A stretch of DNA of 31,177 bases, taken from the IMG/VR virus record IMGVR_UViG_3300015262_000011; one strand, written 5' to 3'. A model generated the notes under the pieces. It was not told the DNA's origin. It did not search any database and saw nothing but the letters and a program-made list of their open reading frames with translations. Position numbers and translations under genes: made by a program. Numbering within the stretch: position 1 is the first letter of the stretch; every line of letters begins with the position of its first letter. The stretch is from an uncultured virus (IMG/VR IMGVR_UViG_3300015262_000011) (lineage: Duplodnaviria > Heunggongvirae > Uroviricota > Caudoviricetes). Of this stretch, positions 27,170-31,177 are shown piece by piece.

Positions 27170-27438
27170 GAGACACAACGTAGATGCAACGAAGAGGGCT
27201 CCGCAAGGTGTTACGCCAGATTCGTTGGGTGTTAATCCGGGCTCGTTGGGTGTAGAGCGGGGCTGTACCGGTGAACCTGTGGCCAGAGATGCACGGAGCG
27301 CACGGGAGTGAAAGCGGCGCGTAGGCGCAAGGAGGTGCTAACGAGGCAACAAAAAAGCTTCCCTAAGACCGATCAATCCTGGTCAATTGGGGGAAGTGGT
27401 GGGTGCGTGTTGCCAGACCGTGCGGCATCATGGGCCGC
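27170..27438. promoter_or_regulatory. Lysis/lysogeny switch region
   Basis: Minus strand TTGCGG-N18-TACGTT-N7-GTG; TCGTTGGGTGT direct repeats at 27222 and 27243 and an inverted variant at 27181-27193. Confidence 0.7.
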
Positions 27439-27984
27439 ATGACAGAGGACCGCACCAAACTGCAGTGGGCCAAGCTCGCCACCGCCATCAGGGCGGCCCG
27501 CGAAGCACGCGGGCTCTCTCAGGTCGCCCTCGCGGAACTCGCCGACATCAGCGAGGGGAGCGTCCAAAACCTCGAAAGCGGCAGCAGCCGCACCCGCATC
27601 CCACCGACCATCGCCAAAGTCGAACCCCACCTCGGATGGGCCGAAGGATCGGGCCGCACCATCCTCGCCGGCGGCAACCCCACCCCCGCAACGCCGCCGG
27701 CCGAACCTCACAGCGCGGCCCCTCCGCGCGGGAACCTTCCCCTGCGCGTCGTCGACGAACTGGAGTCCAGCGATCCCCTGCTCGACTCCGCCGTCATCCA
27801 ACTGCCCGGGGCAAACGGGGCCCGCATGACGGTCGTCGTCCGCGGTAAGCCCGACGCAACCCCGCAGGAGATCCAGGACGCACTGATCGCCTGGCGGAAA
27901 ACCGAACGCAACCTGCACCGCCTCAGCGACGGCGACGATGGCGGCAACGGCGGCGACGAGCCCCGCGCTGCGAACGGCTCGTAA
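27439..27984 (+). CDS. CI-like immunity repressor (XRE HTH)
   Basis: IRAAREARGLSQVALAELADISEGSVQNLESG; position between cro and int; start could be 27430. Confidence 0.9.
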   Translation: MTEDRTKLQWAKLATAIRAAREARGLSQVALAELADISEGSVQNLESGSSRTRIPPTIAKVEPHLGWAEGSGRTILAGGNPTPATPPAEPHSAAPPRGNLPLRVVDELESSDPLLDSAVIQLPGANGARMTVVVRGKPDATPQEIQDALIAWRKTERNLHRLSDGDDGGNGGDEPRAANGS

Positions 27985-28090
27985 CTTCCCGCACACGGAT
28001 TGCACCCATCCCCTCCCAACACCACCCGAATGTGTGGTCTCATATCCGGACCACAAAGGGGGGCGCCCGCGGTGGTCTTGGGGGACCGTT

Positions 28091-28306
28091 ATGTCTGTAC
28101 AGGTTCTGCGGGTGTCCGGAATGCCGTGCAACGTCGACATCTGGGTCGACGACGATCCCGGCCATTTCGCGGTCTACATCGACAAGTCGCTGATCACGCA
28201 ACAGGGAGCAGCCTCTTTGCAGGCGATCCTGCGCTCTCATCGTCCTCGCTGGCAGCGCCTCGACGAATCGTTCGTCTACCGCACGCTACGGGCGATCACC
28301 GGCTGA
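28091..28306 (+). CDS. Small hypothetical protein between repressor and integrase (71 aa)
   Basis: GGGGGA RBS; MSVQVLRVSGMP... Confidence 0.7.
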   Translation: MSVQVLRVSGMPCNVDIWVDDDPGHFAVYIDKSLITQQGAASLQAILRSHRPRWQRLDESFVYRTLRAITG

Positions 28307-28387
28307 CAATGAGACCGGACGAACACGCCGCACCCCCACCGGCGTTACCGGCCAAGTCCTGCCCGTTGCGTATCCGTGAGGTGGACG

Positions 28388-29680
28388 ATGGCGCACGCCG
28401 AGAGGCGCACCTATGACAAGCGGGCCCGAAAGTGGCGCTACCGAGGCCGGTACAAGCTGCCCAACGGCAAGTGGGGCTCCGTCTCCCGCGACGAGAACAA
28501 CCAGCCCTTCTACACCGAGCGTGCTGCCGAACAGTACGCGCACGGACTCGAAGTCGACGTTCGACGCAAGCAGTTCATCAATCCCCGCGACGGGAAGCTC
28601 ACCGTCACCGAGTGGGCCGAGAAATGGCTGCCATCCATCGACGTCGGCCCGCTCAGCGAGAAGGAGTACCGGCTGCGACTGAAGAACCAGATCCTCCCCC
28701 AGTGGGGGGACGTTGCCGTCGGTGACCTCTCGCCGACAGCCATCGCCGCCTGGGAGAAGCACCTGCGGGCCGGCCTCTCGAAGAACTACGCCGACAACGT
28801 CATGTCGACGTTCCGCACGATGATGGATGATGCGGTCGCCGAGAAACTGCGCGGCGACAACCCCGTCGCCGCCCGCAAGTCGGGCCGTCGCGGCAGGTAC
28901 AAACCGAAGCCGAAGGACGAGAAGGTCATCGCCACGCCCCGCCAGGCCCTGCTCGTCGCCCGCAACGCGCTGGAGATGCGCGGCCTGAACGAGTACGCAA
29001 TCGTCCTCACCTCCGCGTACACAGGCCTGCGGATCGGCGAGCTGGCCGGCGTCCACCGCGACCAGTTGGCCCTAGGCGACAACGGCCAGGGCGCCCGCCT
29101 GCACTCGGTGCAGCAGAGTCAGTATGTGGGCGGCCAGTTCACGGAGATCGACAACAAGTACGACTCTGGCCGCGGCCTCATCCTGCCGCCGTTCCTCGCC
29201 GGCCTGCTCCGGCAGCTTCTGACCTACCGCCCCGGTTCAGAGTGGGTGTTCAGCGCCCCCAAGGGCGGTCGCCTCCTGCGGGGCGGCGACTGGTACACCG
29301 ACACCTGGCAGCCGATCGTGTCCGGCCGGGCGCCGCGCGGTGTCGTCCGCGGGGCGAGGGAACGCGTCGGCATCCGGCCCGTGACGGGCATCGAGGGCCT
29401 CACGCCGCACGGTCTGCGCCACTCCCACAAGGTCTGGCTGGACGAGGGGAATCACCCTAGAGTTGCCGTTGAGGCGCGGATGGGGCATGTGCTCCAGGGC
29501 GTCGAGGGCACCTACTCGCATGTGACACTGGCGATGGAGCTGGCGATCGCCGAGTACCTCCAGCGGCTGTGGGAGGACTCGTTGAGGGTCGTCACGGACC
29601 GCCGCGAGTTCGGCCCGTATCCCCCACTGAAGCCCTCCCGTAAGAAACGATCTCCCAATCGTCTCCCAAACCCCGTTTGA
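28388..29680 (+). CDS. int: Tyrosine integrase
   Basis: N-terminal arm-binding region; TGLRIGEL, HGLRH, MGH and catalytic Tyr in TYSH. Confidence 0.96.
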   Translation: MAHAERRTYDKRARKWRYRGRYKLPNGKWGSVSRDENNQPFYTERAAEQYAHGLEVDVRRKQFINPRDGKLTVTEWAEKWLPSIDVGPLSEKEYRLRLKNQILPQWGDVAVGDLSPTAIAAWEKHLRAGLSKNYADNVMSTFRTMMDDAVAEKLRGDNPVAARKSGRRGRYKPKPKDEKVIATPRQALLVARNALEMRGLNEYAIVLTSAYTGLRIGELAGVHRDQLALGDNGQGARLHSVQQSQYVGGQFTEIDNKYDSGRGLILPPFLAGLLRQLLTYRPGSEWVFSAPKGGRLLRGGDWYTDTWQPIVSGRAPRGVVRGARERVGIRPVTGIEGLTPHGLRHSHKVWLDEGNHPRVAVEARMGHVLQGVEGTYSHVTLAMELAIAEYLQRLWEDSLRVVTDRREFGPYPPLKPSRKKRSPNRLPNPV

Positions 29681-29702
29681 TCTTTCAGTTGGCGTACCGG
29701 AG

Positions 29703-29730
29703 CGGCCCTCCCGGTGATCCGGGAGGGCCG
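29703..29730. terminator. Bidirectional terminator for int and the restored host gene
   Basis: CGGCCCTCCCGG-tgat-CCGGGAGGGCCG. Confidence 0.8.
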
Positions 29731-29773
29731 TCTTCGTCTCATTGTTCTATGCGCGTCCTGCTGCGTAATCTGC

Positions 29774-29866
29774 CTACCGGATCGGCATCCCCGACAGCGT
29801 GCGGGCGATCACCAGGCGCTGGATCTCGCTCGTGCCCTCGAAGATGGTGTAGATGGCGGCGTCGCG
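29774..29866 (-). other. 3'-terminal 30 codons of a host acyl-CoA dehydrogenase carried in attP
   Basis: RDAAIYTIFEGTSEIQRLVIARTLSGMPIR*, matching the ACAD C-terminal signature I(Y/F)EGT.EIQ. Confidence 0.88.
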
Positions 29867-30000
29867 GTTTTGAACCTGAGGCTATCCAGCGTTCTACCTG
29901 CACAGCACGGGATTCACTCAGCGCTCTTCCGGGCTCCATGGGTGTTCCTCCGCGTTGCGCATGCATGATCGTCTCCCAATTCGTCTCCCAGGAAGCGGCA

Positions 30001-30028
30001 CGCCCCCCAGTCCGTCGACTGGGGGGCG
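30001..30028. terminator. Hairpin terminator
   Basis: CGCCCCCCAGTC-cgtc-GACTGGGGGGCG. Confidence 0.7.
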
Positions 30029-30145
30029 CTCGCGCCGGCGGCCACAAAGGGGGGCGCCCTCTCGCAGCTCGCCGGCACGCCTTATGGATTCGACCTTCCA
30101 CTTATCCCAACGGCTGCAGGTCGATGCAGGTGTTCACCCATTCGA

Positions 30146-30198
30146 GTGAACACGCGTTCGATTCCTGGACACTACACGCAGCCCTGCGGCACATGCCA
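30146..30198 (-). promoter_or_regulatory. Leftward promoter with an actinobacterial LexA (SOS) box
   Basis: TGGCAT-N18-TAGTGT followed by TCGAACgcgtGTTCac, against consensus TCGAAC-N4-GTTCGA. Confidence 0.65.
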
Positions 30199-30301
30199 TG
30201 CCGACCGCAGGACCCGCTACAGAAAGTCTGCGTATATGCACGCCGGGGAAGCGACAGTTTAGGCACTGCGCGAAGATCATCGGGCATGTTCGCTTCGCAG
30301 C

Positions 30302-30547
30302 GTGCCAGCCCGCCGCAACCCCCGCCCCGACTGGGTCCGCTCCAAACAACTCGCCCTCGGACACCACATCGCCGCCCTCAGGATCGGAGCCGGCCTCAGC
30401 CAGGAACAGCTAGCCGACCGGATGGGCGTCGAACGGCGGACCGTTCAACGCTACGAGGCCGCCGTCACGGATCCGCGTTACGCCGATCTGCTGCTCCTGG
30501 CGCAGGCCCTGCGGGTTCACGTGAACGACCTCCTGGACGGCGACTAG
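30302..30547 (+). CDS. XRE HTH regulator
   Basis: LRIGAGLSQEQLADRMGVERRTVQRYE. Confidence 0.9.
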   Translation: MPARRNPRPDWVRSKQLALGHHIAALRIGAGLSQEQLADRMGVERRTVQRYEAAVTDPRYADLLLLAQALRVHVNDLLDGD

Positions 30548-30760
30548 CGCTCTCACCTGGCGCAGCAGGGGCTGGGCTGCACAGTTGAATGCCAGTCAAC
30601 CTGTAAACCGGCGGTAACGGAACGCGATTGCCGCAGGCATTCACGCGAAAGCAGTGCGCGGGGTGTGAAAATGTCACCCAACGCGAAAGCCCTGGCCAGA
30701 ACATGGCCATCCGGGAAGCATGCGCTTCCAGTGAACCCGCCCCCCGGTGCCGGACGGTAT

Positions 30761-30988
30761 CTACGGGGCCTCGGCGTTGAGCCGGCGATACGCACTGTCA
30801 CACGCCTCGTTCCAGGCCCGCCACAGCCGCTCACCCTCCGCGCACCGGTCGCGGTCGATGTCGCTACAGCGCGGGCAGCTACCGCTGTGCCCTATGTAGG
30901 CGTGGTGGGCGACCTGTACCGGGCTCAGCCCTGCCGGTATCGACGGGCGGGTTCCCGGCCCGGGTTGCGGTTCTCTACGCTCGTCCAC
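30761..30988 (-). CDS. Small His/Cys metal-binding hypothetical protein
   Basis: AY..H...C..C......C.EGERLW; RBS GGGAG. Confidence 0.75.
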   Translation of the reverse strand: MDERREPQPGPGTRPSIPAGLSPVQVAHHAYIGHSGSCPRCSDIDRDRCAEGERLWRAWNEACDSAYRRLNAEAP

Positions 30989-31142
30989 GCTGACGGCTCC
31001 CTGTAGCTGTCGGCCACGCCCCCGGGCCGCGGGCCAGCGGTCGCGGGGGTCTTTGCTCAGTCCAGATTGACATAGCGTGCCATAGCTTGCCTGGCGTACT
31101 GCCGATCGCCGCGGGGAATCATGGCTGCCTACGGTGCGCCGT

Positions 31143-31177
31143 ATGGAGTTCGCAGCAGATCGCCCCAGGTGGAGGCA
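31143..31177 (+). CDS. 5' end of a probable GntR-family regulator, partial
   Basis: MEFAADRPRWR(Q) resembles GntR N-termini; TACGGT-N7-ATG leaderless promoter; only 11 codons visible. Confidence 0.5.
   Translation, partial: MEFAADRPRWR

Larger units (their letters stand above)
29648..29990. other. attP-like site with arm-type repeats on both sides
   Basis: (TCG)TCTCCCA pairs at 29651/29661 and 29969/29981 flank a host-gene fragment. Confidence 0.8.

Noticed and set aside
29680..30300. tRNA-type att core next to int
   Set aside because: No cloverleaf or T-arm/CCA remnant found; the ACAD fragment explains the site
29677..30588. 303-aa ORF after the integrase
   Set aside because: Low-complexity translation running across attP, terminators and the real XRE gene

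Overview
This is a very GC-rich, gene-dense segment of a temperate actinobacterial phage, most likely from Streptomyces. It covers the early, replication and lysogeny half of the genome; no virion structural genes are present. From right to left: GntR- and XRE-type regulators; an intact attP-like site carrying the last 30 codons of a host acyl-CoA dehydrogenase; a tyrosine integrase; and a cI/cro/xis switch. A ~24 kb leftward early operon follows, with a beta-clamp-like protein, RecE/RecT-like pair, ASCH, a whiB with an internal amber codon, a lambda-O-like initiator containing six palindromic iterons, a DnaC-like loader, DnaB, a frameshifted C5 DNA methyltransferase, SLOG/DUF2493, LuxR and many small ORFs. 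The left end is a rightward accessory island. Its most striking element, missing from the ORF track, is a stand-alone 54-aa gene ending in VAAFQSAV, which resembles an FxSxx-COOH (FxsA-type cyclophane RiPP) precursor with no maturase in the window. All family calls come from motif recognition by eye; no searches were run.
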